This document shows positions 20,251 to 30,378 of a DNA stretch of 64,000 nucleotides, piece by piece. The first letter of the stretch is position 1. Every line of letters begins with the position of its first letter. A program made the position numbers and the translations under genes. Location of the stretch: assembly GCA_965213925.1 (NCBI GenBank), contig OZ243927.1, forward strand, positions 2,144,001 through 2,208,000. Reading direction: 5' to 3'. Below the pieces are notes generated by a model, which was not told the origin of the DNA, searched no databases, and saw only the letters and a list, made by a program, of their open reading frames with translations. The stretch comes from Trueperaceae bacterium. GTDB lineage: Bacteria > Deinococcota > Deinococci > Deinococcales > Trueperaceae.

Positions 20251-21123
20251 ATGAGCACCGCCGCACCGCAACCCCGCCGCAAGGGTCTAAAAACCTACCT
20301 CTCGTTTGTCAAATTCGAGCACACCCTCTTCGCGCTGCCTTTCGCCTACGGCGGTATGCTCTTAGCGGCGAACGGTTGGCCCGGCGTGGCAACGTTTCTC
20401 TGGATCACGCTGGCGATGGTCGGCGCGCGCACGGCGAGCATGGCGCTTAACCGCGTGATCGACGCGGAGATAGACGCGCGCAATCCGCGCACGAAAGCGC
20501 GCGAGATTCCTAGCGGCGTGCTGCGCAGGCGCGAGGGCGTGTGGCTCGCGGTCGCCGGTTTCGCGCTTCTCATCCTCTCCGGCTGGGCGCTCAACGCGCT
20601 CACCCTGGCGCTCCTCCCCGTCGCGGTGTTCTTTTTAGCGCTTTATCCCTACACCAAGCGCTTCACGTGGCTTTGTCACTACTGGCTCGGTCTTACGATC
20701 GGGGCGGCGGCGGCGGGCGGCTGGATCGCGGTAACGGGCGCGTTTGCGCCCGCTGCTGTGGCGTTCTGGGCGGGCGTCGGGCTGTGGATTGCGGGCTTCG
20801 ACATCATCTACGCGGTGCTCGACTACGACTTCGACGTGGCGCACGGGGTCTACAGCGTTCCGGCTGTATTTGGCGTGGATAACGCCCTCGCTATCTCTGC
20901 CCTTACGCACACCTTGGCGTGGTCCATGCTCGCGTTAGTCTTGCCGCTCACGGAGATGGGCTGGCTCTACGGGCTCGGTTTAGCGGTCGTGGCCGCGGTT
21001 CTCGCGCTGCAACACCTTCTGGTCCGCAAGGGAGAGGTCGGCGCTACGCTCCGCTCCTTTAACGCCAACCTCTACGTCAGCGCTGTGATGCTGCTAGCTA
21101 TCCTTGCAGATATCATTATCTGA
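20251..21123 (+). CDS. mqnP: UbiA-family prenyltransferase (futalosine menaquinone pathway)
   Basis: VKFEHTLFALPFAY, NRVIDAEIDARNPRT, YPYTKRFTW, GFDIIY. Confidence 0.85.
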   Translation: MSTAAPQPRRKGLKTYLSFVKFEHTLFALPFAYGGMLLAANGWPGVATFLWITLAMVGARTASMALNRVIDAEIDARNPRTKAREIPSGVLRRREGVWLAVAGFALLILSGWALNALTLALLPVAVFFLALYPYTKRFTWLCHYWLGLTIGAAAAGGWIAVTGAFAPAAVAFWAGVGLWIAGFDIIYAVLDYDFDVAHGVYSVPAVFGVDNALAISALTHTLAWSMLALVLPLTEMGWLYGLGLAVVAAVLALQHLLVRKGEVGATLRSFNANLYVSAVMLLAILADIII

Positions 21124-21162
21124 GAGACTTTTCCCATCTCACCTACACTGAAAGAGGTCACA

Positions 21163-21603
21163 GTGCGCTACGTTTTTTCAACCCGCCAGGAGGACTTGAC
21201 ACGCTACCGCTTCCCGACGCATATCAACGACTTGGTGTTGGATAGAGCAGAAGCGGCCACCTCAGAAGTCTTCGTTGTTGTCTTGGACGAGGGCGAGGCT
21301 CCGCCGCTGCATCAGCACGACGATACGGAGCAGGTTTTTTATATACTCGAGGGGCGCGGCAGACTCACGATTAGGGGAGAGGAACATCACGACCTCTCAC
21401 CTAGTGACGTGGTGCTCATCCCGCCCAGCACACCGCACTCGGTGGAGGCGGTGGGAGGCAAGTTGCGCTACTTAACCGTGGACTGCTTTTTAGGAGGTCG
21501 CCCCGAAGCGGAGCCGACCTGGGAGAAGCACGTCGAAGTGATGTGCCGTGAGAACGGCTGGGACTTGGAGCGTGTTTTGGCGGAGGCGAATAAGAAGCAA
21601 TGA
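21163..21603 (+). CDS. Cupin-domain protein
   Basis: PPLHQHDDTEQVFYILEG and IPPSTPH cupin motifs. Confidence 0.85.
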   Translation: MRYVFSTRQEDLTRYRFPTHINDLVLDRAEAATSEVFVVVLDEGEAPPLHQHDDTEQVFYILEGRGRLTIRGEEHHDLSPSDVVLIPPSTPHSVEAVGGKLRYLTVDCFLGGRPEAEPTWEKHVEVMCRENGWDLERVLAEANKKQ

Positions 21604-21729
21604 GTTAAAAGCAACCCAGTCATACCCGCTTGCGCAGCTAGCGGGAGCGGTCCACGCGACGCACAGGGCTGGGCGAACGGCGAGCAATGAGTCCAACCTT
21701 TTCACTTTTAACTCGTTGCTCATTGCTCA
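21596..21729 (+). repeat. Repeat family C copy
   Basis: AGCAATGAGTTAAAAGCAACCCAGTC...GAGCAATGAGT...ACTCGTTGCTCATTGCTCA between convergent genes. Confidence 0.75.
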
Positions 21730-22719
21730 AAAACTGAGGTTATGTTTAGCTCGGTAGTCCTCGAGCAACCTATCCACGACTTTAGCGGTACGTAAAGCGC
21801 TCTCGCCGGTGCTCGAGCACTCTCCTTGACCCGTCAAGGCGTCCACGACCTCCTGAATGAGTGGCTGCTGCACCGTCTCGGGATAGGGTGCCTCGATGAC
21901 CTCTTCGCCGTCACCCGTCGTGAGATGGAGCGGGCTGCCGTCGAACGAGGCGAAGCGCAAGCTTCCTTTTGAACCGATCAAGTTGACCGAATCGACCTCT
22001 TGCGTGCCGCTAAAACACCACACACCCATACCCTGAACGCCCGACTCGAATTCGAACGCGGCGCTCACGATATCCTCGGCGGGGTAGCGCCCTGCTTGGT
22101 TAGCGGCGAAACCTGTGACTTTAGCAATGGGTCCGAGCATCCAGTCCAGAAAGTCTAAGGTGTGTGAGCCCATGTCCACGAAGTAGCCGCCGCCGGAGAC
22201 TTCGGGGCGTACGCGCCAGGGAATGTCGCCTACGTCCGAGGGAGACGCGGAGAGTTGCAGCCGCACCTCAACCGCCCTCACTTCACCAATCGTTCCCGAA
22301 TCCAACATCTCTTTGATTTTGACGAAGCGCGGCATCGCCCGCCGGTAGTAGGCGACGAAGAGGGGTACGCCCGCATCCTTACACGCCGCAATCATCGCCT
22401 CGCACTCTTCCGCTGTACGCGCCACCGGCTTCTCGACGTAGACGGGTTTACCCGCCGCCGCAACTTGTAGTGTGTAGTCGTGGTGTGAGTCGGGCGGGGT
22501 GGCGATGTAGACGGCGTCCACGTCAGGGTCATGGATAAGTTTGTCGGCATCGTCGTACCACTTAGGGACGCCGTGACGCTCGGCGTAGTCCTTTACTTTA
22601 TCTGTAGAACGCCGCATGACGGCGACGAGTTCTGAACGCTCCGCTTGCTGAAAGCCGGGTCCGCTCTTTTTTTCCGTCACGTCGCCTACTCCGATAATGC
22701 CCCAACGCACCTTATCCAT
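21727..22719 (-). CDS. Gfo/Idh/MocA oxidoreductase
   Basis: WGIIGVGDV, YIATPP, EKP, GGGYFVDMGSH. Confidence 0.9.
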   Translation of the reverse strand: MDKVRWGIIGVGDVTEKKSGPGFQQAERSELVAVMRRSTDKVKDYAERHGVPKWYDDADKLIHDPDVDAVYIATPPDSHHDYTLQVAAAGKPVYVEKPVARTAEECEAMIAACKDAGVPLFVAYYRRAMPRFVKIKEMLDSGTIGEVRAVEVRLQLSASPSDVGDIPWRVRPEVSGGGYFVDMGSHTLDFLDWMLGPIAKVTGFAANQAGRYPAEDIVSAAFEFESGVQGMGVWCFSGTQEVDSVNLIGSKGSLRFASFDGSPLHLTTGDGEEVIEAPYPETVQQPLIQEVVDALTGQGECSSTGESALRTAKVVDRLLEDYRAKHNLSF

Positions 22720-22773
22720 AAGTCGCTCCTTTGTAGAGGTTAAAGTAGCATATGTTCGCAAGGTGGCAAAGGA

Positions 22774-22788
22774 TTTCGCATGGTGAAT
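22774..22788. promoter_or_regulatory. Putative IclR operator overlapping the iclR start
   Basis: TTTCGCATGGTGAAT, nearly identical to TTTCACATGGTGGAA at 23894-23908. Confidence 0.55.
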
Positions 22789-23562
22789 AGAACTCAGGCT
22801 GAGGAGGCGTCACCTCGAGCCGGTGGGATGTTAGGTAAGGGTCTAAACCTCCTGACCCTTTTAGGCAACTATCCAGACGGCGTCGCCCTGAGCGACCTCG
22901 CGGCGGAAGCGGGCTTGCCGACCTCGACGGCGTACCGGCTCCTCGGTGCGATGGTCGCGCACAAGTTCGTGACGTTTGACCCCGCGACGCGCTGCTATCA
23001 GTTGGGGCTCAAAGTCTTCGAGTTAGGGCATCAGGTCTCTTCGGTCAAAAGTCTGGTTGAAATCGCGACGCCCGCCATGCAGCGGCTCGCCGACGTGACG
23101 CACGAGCTGATTTCGCTCGCAGTTTTGGAGCATCACGAGATGGTCATCTTGAAGCGCATCGAGCCCAAAGAGCGGCTGCACATTAAAGCGTACGTGGAAG
23201 GGCGCTTCGCGCTGCACACGACCTCTTTAGGAAAGTCGCTCCTAGCGTACATGCTCGAGAACGAACGCGAAAAGGTCCTTCAAAACCTCACCCTCACCCG
23301 GATGACCGAGCGCACGATGACCGATTTGGGCGCGTTGCGCGAGGAGCTTAGGCGCACCAGAGAGCGCGGTTACGGCATCTGCGACGAGGAGAACGACGTG
23401 GGCATCCGGGCGGTGGGCGCGCCGATTTTGAACGCCCAAGGGCGGGTGCAAGCGGCGCTCTCAGTCGCGACCTTGACCTTTCGGCGCTCGCTCTCAGACT
23501 TAGAGCAGTTCGTGCCTGACGTGCAGGCGGCGGCGCGTGAGGTCGGGGTGCAGCTTCATTAG
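22780..23562 (+). CDS. IclR family regulator
   Basis: LPTSTAYRLL HTH, LHTTSLGK, ERGYGICDEE, AVGAPI. Confidence 0.93.
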   Translation: MVNRTQAEEASPRAGGMLGKGLNLLTLLGNYPDGVALSDLAAEAGLPTSTAYRLLGAMVAHKFVTFDPATRCYQLGLKVFELGHQVSSVKSLVEIATPAMQRLADVTHELISLAVLEHHEMVILKRIEPKERLHIKAYVEGRFALHTTSLGKSLLAYMLENEREKVLQNLTLTRMTERTMTDLGALREELRRTRERGYGICDEENDVGIRAVGAPILNAQGRVQAALSVATLTFRRSLSDLEQFVPDVQAAAREVGVQLH

Positions 23563-23754
23563 GCTCGAGGGGGGGCGTTTTTTTCTCGAGTGGCGTGCAA
23601 CATATATCCTCAGCATGATTCTTTCGCTACCTGCGGTTCGCTGACCCCTTTTGCTATCCAAACCACAGTTTATCTCACCCGAGATACTGCCCCGCCACCT
23701 TGAAAAAGTCGCAAGAAGTCATATCGTTTCAATAGGGTAGAGGGAGTGCGCGGC

Positions 23755-23807
23755 GTAGGGGCACATAATTTATTACTGTATGAATCGTCCCTACTGCATT
23801 TGCCTCC
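23755..23807. repeat. Degenerate GTAG-type REP copy
   Basis: GTAGGGGC...ATGAATCGTCCCTACTGCATTTGC shares its ends and 3' tail with 44721-44760. Confidence 0.6.
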
Positions 23808-23841
23808 TTCTGTGACTTTTTCAGTGAGGTCCACCAATACC

Positions 23842-23908
23842 TTGACGCCGCCTCGAGAGATACGCTACACTCGACCTACATCATAAAAAGAGTTTTCACA
23901 TGGTGGAA
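23842..23908 (+). promoter_or_regulatory. Sigma70-like promoter and downstream IclR-like operator for the TRAP operon
   Basis: TTGACG (23842) - 18 nt - TACACT (23866); TTTCACATGGTGGAA at 23894-23908. Confidence 0.55.
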
Positions 23909-23982
23909 AAAGTGCTGGAAGCCACCAGGCGAAAACGGCTGGCGGGTCGCACGCGGCGGCGCTGGCATTTCAGGAGGTAGGT

Positions 23983-24960
23983 ATGAAGCGGATCGTCGGT
24001 ATCGTCTCTGTCCTGTTACTGAGCACGCTGAGTATGACCTTTGCGCAGGAGTACACGCTCCTCGCCGGGCATCAGCTCGCTGCTGGCACGCCTTTCGACC
24101 AAGGGCTTATCCGCTTCGCCGAACTCGTGGAGGAGAAAACGGACGGGCAGGTCACTGTGGAGGTCAATTCAGGCGGAGCCATCGGCAGCGAGTTGGAGAT
24201 GTTTGAAGGGATGACGGTCGGCACCGTGGACGTGGCCGTGGTCGCGCCGAACTCCATCGCCGAGTTCGTCCCCGAAGCGACGATTCTCTCCATGCCCTTT
24301 TTAGTCGACAGCCGCGAGATGCGCGACCAGGTCATCGAGAGCGAAGCATTCCAACAAGTTGCCGACCTCATTCAAGAGCAGACCGGCGTCGAGGTCTTGG
24401 GCGTCTTCGGCGGCGGCATCCGCAACATGTTCTTCACCGAGTCGGTGGAGAGCGTGGAGGGAATGCAGGGACGGCGCTTCCGCGTGCAGCCGAGCAACAT
24501 CTTGACGGATTCTTTTAGCGCGGTCGGCTTAGAGCCCACCGTCGTCGCCTACTCCGAGCTTTACAACGCGCTCGCGCAAGGCGTCGTGTCGGGCGCGGAA
24601 AACGAGTCGGTGTACGTCTTGTCGCAAGCCTTTTACGAGCCCGCGCCCTACTTGCTTCAGACGCAGCACGAAGTCACCATTCGCCCCCTCGTCATCAGTG
24701 GCATGACACTGGACCGGCTGCCGCCCGAACTCGCGGACGCGGTGCGTGAGGCGGGCGCGGAGGCGTCGGCGTATGCCAGAGAGGTCGAAGCAGAAGCCGA
24801 TGACGCCGCCTTACAAGAACTCCAAGAGGAGCACGGTATGACGGTCTATGAGATCGACACCGCGCCGCTTATCGAAGAGGTGCAGCCCATCTGGAGCGAG
24901 TACGCCGAGCAGTGGGGGCTCACGGACGTGTTAGAGCAGATCACCGCGCTGCGCCAGTAG
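23983..24960 (+). CDS. dctP: TRAP transporter substrate-binding protein
   Basis: Signal peptide, GRRFRVQ, ELYNALAQGVVSGAEN. Confidence 0.92.
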   Translation: MKRIVGIVSVLLLSTLSMTFAQEYTLLAGHQLAAGTPFDQGLIRFAELVEEKTDGQVTVEVNSGGAIGSELEMFEGMTVGTVDVAVVAPNSIAEFVPEATILSMPFLVDSREMRDQVIESEAFQQVADLIQEQTGVEVLGVFGGGIRNMFFTESVESVEGMQGRRFRVQPSNILTDSFSAVGLEPTVVAYSELYNALAQGVVSGAENESVYVLSQAFYEPAPYLLQTQHEVTIRPLVISGMTLDRLPPELADAVREAGAEASAYAREVEAEADDAALQELQEEHGMTVYEIDTAPLIEEVQPIWSEYAEQWGLTDVLEQITALRQ

Positions 24961-24963
24961 CCC

Positions 24964-25509
24964 GTGAAGCGCCCCCTTGACCTTTTACAAACCGCGCTGG
25001 CTGGTCTCATGACCAGCCTCCTTTTGCTGTTTACGGTGGTGGTTTCCTACCAGGTCCTCGCCCGCTACGTCGGCTTCGTGCCCCGCGCGCTCTGGACCGA
25101 AGAGGTCGCCCGCTACGCCTTTATCTGGATGCTCTTTGTGGGCTCGGCGATTGCGGTGCGCACGCTTTCGCACTTCACCATTGACCTCTTGCCGAACCTG
25201 AGCCCACGTGCGAACAAAATTGTCAACGTCATCGTCGCCTTGCTCATGCTCGCGGTTGCGCTCCTTATTCTTTTTGGCGGCGTCCGCTTTTCGCAAATTG
25301 GCATGAACCGCGTCTCGACCTCTTCGGGAATCCGGCTAGGCTACGTGTACATGGCGCTGCCGGTGTCGGGGGCGGCGATGGTAGTGTTTTTGCTCGAGCG
25401 CCTCGTCAACGTAGTCCAGGGTAAAGAGCTAGAGAACAACCCCGACGCGGTGAGTGAAACGGACGTCAAGCAAACTCCTGAGTCCCAGAAGAACGAAGGT
25501 GAACCGTGA
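24964..25509 (+). CDS. dctQ: TRAP small permease
   Basis: QVLARY, WTEEVARY, HFTID. Confidence 0.9.
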   Translation: MKRPLDLLQTALAGLMTSLLLLFTVVVSYQVLARYVGFVPRALWTEEVARYAFIWMLFVGSAIAVRTLSHFTIDLLPNLSPRANKIVNVIVALLMLAVALLILFGGVRFSQIGMNRVSTSSGIRLGYVYMALPVSGAAMVVFLLERLVNVVQGKELENNPDAVSETDVKQTPESQKNEGEP

Positions 25510-26777
25510 CCGAAGCGCTCGTCCTGCTCGTGAGCTTCCTCGCGCTCATCACCTTGCGCGTGCCTATCGCCTTTGCCCTGCTGCTGTCGGGCTCCCTCTT
25601 CTTCTTCTTCGAAGACCGCTTGGTTCCCTGGACCATCACCCAGCGCATGTTCTCAGGTGTGGACTCCTTCGTCATCTTGGCCGTGCCTCTTTTCATCCTC
25701 ACAGCCAACATCATGAACGAGGCGCAGGTGACGAGCCGCCTCATCCGCTTGACGATGGCGTTGGTCGGCGTGATTCGCGGCGGCTTGGGCATGGTCAACG
25801 TGGCGACGAGCATGATCTTCGCGGGCGTGTCGGGCTCTTCGACGGCGGACACGGCGGCGGTAGGCTCGGTGCTCATCCCGCAGATGACCAAGCGCGGCTA
25901 CGACAAGGAGTTCTCCGTCGCGGTGACGGCGTCATCGTCCGTCATTGGGACGATCATCCCGCCGTCCATTCAGATGATCTTTTGGGGCGCGCTCACCAAC
26001 ACCTCTATCGGCGCGATGTTTTTGGGTGGAATGATTCCGGGGCTGCTCATCGGTGGGGGGATGCTCGCGGTGGTTTACGTGACGGCGGTGCGCCAAGACT
26101 ACCCCACCGAAGACCGCATCGCGCTGAGCGAGGTTCGCGCTGCTTTCTGGGATTCGCTACTCGCTTTGGGCGTGCCCGTCGTCGTGATTGGCGGTATCAT
26201 CCTGGGTATTGTGACCGCGACGGAGGCGGCGGTGCTCTCGGTGCTTTACGCGCTCGCTTTAGGTTTATTCGTCTACCGCTCGATAGGCTGGCGCGACCTG
26301 CCGCGCATCTTCCGCGAAAGCGCCAACCTCTCGTGCTTGCCGCTTTTCGCGCTCGCGGCTGCCTCGGTCTTCAGCTTTCTCCTTGCGTACTACCGCATTC
26401 CGCGACTTTTAGGCGGCGCGTTGGAGGGCGTGCCCCTCGTCTTGCTGCTGCCCGCCATCGTCTTAGTCTGGCTCCTCATCGGCACGTTTTTAGACGCGCT
26501 GCCTGCGATGGTCATCATGATTCCGGTGCTCGCGCCGCTCGTGACCTCGGCGGGACTCGACCCGGTGCAGTACGGCGTGATCTCGGTGATGGCGCTGGCG
26601 TCGGGGCTGATTACGCCGCCCTACGGTTTGTGTCTACTGCTGTCCGCCTCGATTGCCGACATCCCGATGGCGCAGGCGATACGGGGATTATGGCCCTTCT
26701 TCTTGGTTATCATGAGCGTCATCGTGCTCTGTATGCTCTTTCCTCCCATCGTGACGTGGCTGCCTGGGCTAATGTGA
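25506..26777 (+). CDS. dctM: TRAP large permease
   Basis: LAVPLFIL, GVSGSSTAD, IIPPSI, TPPYG. Confidence 0.93.
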   Translation: MTEALVLLVSFLALITLRVPIAFALLLSGSLFFFFEDRLVPWTITQRMFSGVDSFVILAVPLFILTANIMNEAQVTSRLIRLTMALVGVIRGGLGMVNVATSMIFAGVSGSSTADTAAVGSVLIPQMTKRGYDKEFSVAVTASSSVIGTIIPPSIQMIFWGALTNTSIGAMFLGGMIPGLLIGGGMLAVVYVTAVRQDYPTEDRIALSEVRAAFWDSLLALGVPVVVIGGIILGIVTATEAAVLSVLYALALGLFVYRSIGWRDLPRIFRESANLSCLPLFALAAASVFSFLLAYYRIPRLLGGALEGVPLVLLLPAIVLVWLLIGTFLDALPAMVIMIPVLAPLVTSAGLDPVQYGVISVMALASGLITPPYGLCLLLSASIADIPMAQAIRGLWPFFLVIMSVIVLCMLFPPIVTWLPGLM

Positions 26778-26812
26778 GGGCAGTAACGAGCATGAAAGTG
26801 AGAGAAAAGGAA

Positions 26813-26868
26813 AAAGGACTGAGGACTGAGGTTAAAGTCTTTTCTTTCCTCTCAGTCCTCAGTCCTTT
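26813..26868. repeat. Perfect 18-bp heptamer-based inverted repeat
   Basis: AAAGGACTGAGGACTGAG / CTCAGTCCTCAGTCCTTT with loop GTTAAAGTCTTTT. Confidence 0.85.
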
Positions 26869-26914
26869 GCACTTTTAGCTTATTTTTGCTTTCCCAGAAC
26901 GGCACGGTGCAACA

Positions 26915-28510
26915 TTGCGAAATATAAATAAACTCGTTGACGTAGCGGAAGTGGTAGCGCGGATTCCCGACGGGGCGACGCTGTCGGTGAGTGCCTCGAG
27001 CGCCTTGGGCTGCCCTGACAAGGTCTTGGAAGCGGTTGGCGCACGCTTCCGCGAAACGGGGCATCCGAAAGAGGTCACGAGCCTCCACCCCATCGCTGCG
27101 GGCGACATGTACGGCGTCCCTGGTATCGACCACTTAGCCCAAGACGGACTCTTGAAGCGCGTCATCGCCGGGTCCTATCCGAGCGGGCCGTCGTCTACGC
27201 CCTCGCCCGCAATTTGGCGCATGATTTTAGAGAACCGCGTCGAAGCGTATAATCTGCCGAGCGGCGTCCTCTACCACATGCACGGCGAGGCGGCGGCGGG
27301 GCGTCCGGGCGTGCTGACGAAAGTCGGGCTAGAGACGTTTGTAGACCCCTGCTTAGAGGGTGGGCGTATGAACGCCTGCACGACTGAAGATATTGTGGAG
27401 AGGCTCGAGTTCAAAAACGACACCCACCTCTTCTATCCAGCCATCCCGGTAGACGTCGCCATCATCCGAGCAACGACCGCCGACGAAGCGGGCAACCTGA
27501 CGGTGGAGCACGAGGGTGCGCCGTTGGGGGTTCTCGAGCAGGCGTTAGCGGCGAAGGCGAACGGCGGCACCGTCGTCGCACAGGTGAAACGGGTGGCGGC
27601 GGCGGGAACCCTGAACGCTCAAGACGTGCGCGTCCCCGGTGCACTCGTGGACTTCATCGTCGTAGACCCCGACCAGCGCCAAACGACGGAGACGGACTAC
27701 GAGCCCGCCATCAGTGGAGAGGTCAAGCGACCTCTTTCTTCGTTCGAGTTACCTGAGTGGAGTATAGAAAAGGTCATCGCCCGCCGCGCTGCTATGGAGT
27801 TACAGCGCGGCGACATCGTCAACTTAGGCTTCGGCATCTCGGCGCTGGTGCCGTATATTTTGCTAGAAGAAGGACTTCACGGCGCAGTCACCTGGGCGAT
27901 CGAGCAGGGCGCGGTGGGTGGCTTGCCGCTCCGTGACTTTCAGTTCGGCTGCGCCAGCAACGCCGACGCGCTCGTCCCGTCGCCCTTACAGTTCAACCTC
28001 TTTCAAGGGGGCGGCTTTCAGCGTGCCATGCTTTCTTTTATGCAAGTCGATAGGGAGGGCAACGTCAACGTCTCCAAGCTGAGCGCCAAGCCCCACGTCA
28101 CAGCGGGCGTCGGCGGCTTCATCGACATCACGCACAAGTGTCCGCACCTCGTCTTCAGTGGCACGTTCGCGGCGGGTGGCTTGAAAACGGAGTGTCGAGA
28201 CGGCGAACTGCGTATCGTACAAGAGGGCAAAGCGAAGAAGTTCGTCCCACAAGTCGAGCAGGTGACGCTGAGCGGTAAGCAAACTCAGTTAAAGGGGCAG
28301 CGCGTCACCTACGTGACCGAAAGGTGCGTGCTCGAGCTAACCCCCACCGGACTCGTAGTCACCGAAGTTGCCCCTGGAATCGACTTACAAAAAGATATTC
28401 TCAACCAAGCTGAAATCTCACTCGAGGTCAGTCCGAACATTAAAGAGATGGACGCTACACTTTTTCGTCAAGAGGTCTTAGGGGATGTTCTTACGAGGCG
28501 TTTGGGATGA
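26915..28510 (+). CDS. Family I acyl-CoA:acetate/3-ketoacid CoA-transferase (YdiF/Pct-like, fused)
   Basis: LTKVGLETFVDP, RATTADEAGN, VNLGFGI, EQG catalytic Glu, GNVNVSK, GGFIDI, YVTERCV. Confidence 0.88.
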   Translation: MRNINKLVDVAEVVARIPDGATLSVSASSALGCPDKVLEAVGARFRETGHPKEVTSLHPIAAGDMYGVPGIDHLAQDGLLKRVIAGSYPSGPSSTPSPAIWRMILENRVEAYNLPSGVLYHMHGEAAAGRPGVLTKVGLETFVDPCLEGGRMNACTTEDIVERLEFKNDTHLFYPAIPVDVAIIRATTADEAGNLTVEHEGAPLGVLEQALAAKANGGTVVAQVKRVAAAGTLNAQDVRVPGALVDFIVVDPDQRQTTETDYEPAISGEVKRPLSSFELPEWSIEKVIARRAAMELQRGDIVNLGFGISALVPYILLEEGLHGAVTWAIEQGAVGGLPLRDFQFGCASNADALVPSPLQFNLFQGGGFQRAMLSFMQVDREGNVNVSKLSAKPHVTAGVGGFIDITHKCPHLVFSGTFAAGGLKTECRDGELRIVQEGKAKKFVPQVEQVTLSGKQTQLKGQRVTYVTERCVLELTPTGLVVTEVAPGIDLQKDILNQAEISLEVSPNIKEMDATLFRQEVLGDVLTRRLG

Positions 28511-29265
28511 CCTTGATTAGGCTCAAGCTTGGGCAAGTCGCCACCCTCACGCTGAACCGTCCCGACAAACTCAACGCCCTCACGGCGGAGATGTTAGACG
28601 AATTAGAGGCGCACCTCTTCGAATTGGAGCGTGACCAAGAGGTGCGCGCCCTGCTGCTCAAAGCGGAAGGACGAGCGTTTTGCGTCGGGGCGGACATCCA
28701 CGCCTGGATGAGTCTGGAGCCTTTAGAGATGTGGCGCGTTTGGACGCGGCGCGGACATGAGGTCTTTAGAAGGCTGGCGACGTTGCCGCAACCCGTCATC
28801 ACCGTCATTCAGGGCTATGCGTTCGGGGGCGGGCTCGAGCTTGCCCTAGCTGCTGACGTGCGTCTCGCTTCAGAAAGTGCGGCATTTGCGATGCCTGAAA
28901 CCGGCTTGGCGACGCTGCCCGGTTGGGGCGGGACGGAGCGGTTGCCTCAGCTTATCGGCGTGGCGCGGGCGAAGCAGATGATCTTCTCGGGTGAGCGGTT
29001 GGGTGCGGATAGGGCGGCGCAGTGGGGCTTGGTCAATGAGGTGCTGCCTGAAGCGGACCTTTCGGTTAGGGCCGATGAACTTGCACAGCGAATCGCGAAC
29101 AACGCACCTCTCGCGGTGCAGATGGCGAAGCAGATTCTTAACGGTGAGGCAGGCGGACCGCTGACCGAGGCGTTGGCAGGCGGCTTGAGTGCGTTTACGC
29201 AAGATGCCAAAGAAGGGCTCGACGCTTTCGCTGAAAAACGCCCGCCGAAATTCGAAGGGATATAG
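28507..29265 (+). CDS. Enoyl-CoA hydratase (crotonase)
   Basis: LNRPDKLNAL, FCVGAD, GGGLE and MPE (both catalytic Glu). Confidence 0.9.
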   Translation: MTLIRLKLGQVATLTLNRPDKLNALTAEMLDELEAHLFELERDQEVRALLLKAEGRAFCVGADIHAWMSLEPLEMWRVWTRRGHEVFRRLATLPQPVITVIQGYAFGGGLELALAADVRLASESAAFAMPETGLATLPGWGGTERLPQLIGVARAKQMIFSGERLGADRAAQWGLVNEVLPEADLSVRADELAQRIANNAPLAVQMAKQILNGEAGGPLTEALAGGLSAFTQDAKEGLDAFAEKRPPKFEGI

Positions 29266-30378
29266 ATGATAGAGGCTCGAGCTTTACAAGAGCGTGCGGA
29301 GGAGGGGTTGGGGTTCGCCGCAAAGCAACTCCGCACCCTCATTACGAACCACCCCGACTTCTTCCCGCTCTACACCGAAAATGGCGAATGGAAGCATGGC
29401 AAAGAAGCCTGGACGCGCTGGTGCGACGGATTTTTAGCAGGGATGCTCTGGATTGCGGCGCGGCGTAGCGGTGACAAGTGGTGGCGCGAGCGGGCAGAGC
29501 GCTACTCGTTGCTGTTAGAAGACAGACAATATGACCGCGACGTACACGACTTAGGTTTCGTCTTCTGGTCGAGTTGGAAAAGGTGGCTGGACCAGACCGA
29601 AGATGAAAGGGAGCGCGAGCGAATCGACGCCGTTATCATCCAAGCGGGCAAGACGATGGGCTTGCGCTTCAACGAAAAGGGGAAGTTCCTGCGCTCGTTT
29701 GTCGCGCCGGAAAGCTGCTTTATCGACATCATGATGAACGTCGGGATCATCTTCTACGCGGCGCAGAGAGGTGGGGACGAGACACTTTATGATAGAGCGC
29801 TCTCGCACTGCCTCGCCACCCGTCGCTACCTTGTGAGAGGCGACGGAAGCACCGCGCATGAAGGGATTTTCGACCTAGATACGGGCGAGTTCTTGCGCCA
29901 ATCCACCCATCAGGGTTGGCGCGGTGATTCGTCGTGGGCGCGGGGCCAGGCGTGGGCGCTCTACGGGTTCGGCACGGCGTACACCTACACCCAAGACGAA
30001 CGCCTTTTAGATACCGCCAAACGCTGCGCCGACTTCTTCATCTCGCGCACGCCCGAGCACGGCGTCCCGCCGAACGACTGGGAGGAGCCTGACCCCGCGC
30101 AACCTTTTGAGAGTTCCGCTGCGGCAATCGCCTCGAGCGGCTTGTTGCAACTCGCTGAATTAACTGGAGAGACCCGCTACCGAGAGGCGGCATTACGTAC
30201 TTTAGACACCCTCCTCACCCCTGAATTCCTCGCCGTCGACACGCCCGGCTGGGAAGGTATCTTAAAACACGGCTCGTACCACGAGCGCAAAAGCTTGGGC
30301 GTGGACGAGAGCGTGATGTGGGGCGAGTATTTCTTCGTGGAGGCGTTGGATAAGCTGACGCAAGAGGTCGAGAGGTGA
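29266..30378 (+). CDS. GH88 unsaturated glucuronyl hydrolase (no signal peptide)
   Basis: WCDGFLAG, HDLGF, IDIMMN, RGDGSTAH, WARGQAWALYGF, SSAAAI, WGEYFF. Confidence 0.9.
   Translation: MIEARALQERAEEGLGFAAKQLRTLITNHPDFFPLYTENGEWKHGKEAWTRWCDGFLAGMLWIAARRSGDKWWRERAERYSLLLEDRQYDRDVHDLGFVFWSSWKRWLDQTEDERERERIDAVIIQAGKTMGLRFNEKGKFLRSFVAPESCFIDIMMNVGIIFYAAQRGGDETLYDRALSHCLATRRYLVRGDGSTAHEGIFDLDTGEFLRQSTHQGWRGDSSWARGQAWALYGFGTAYTYTQDERLLDTAKRCADFFISRTPEHGVPPNDWEEPDPAQPFESSAAAIASSGLLQLAELTGETRYREAALRTLDTLLTPEFLAVDTPGWEGILKHGSYHERKSLGVDESVMWGEYFFVEALDKLTQEVER

Noticed and set aside
23590..23712. Possible IS200 tnpA C-terminal remnant on the minus strand (RLFQ..QYLG*DKLW..TAG..IYV)
   Set aside because: Needs several frameshifts and stops; too weak to call without TBLASTN
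25454..26878. 474-aa alternative-frame ORF over dctM
   Set aside because: Arg/Gly-rich shadow frame typical of high-GC coding DNA, with no motifs
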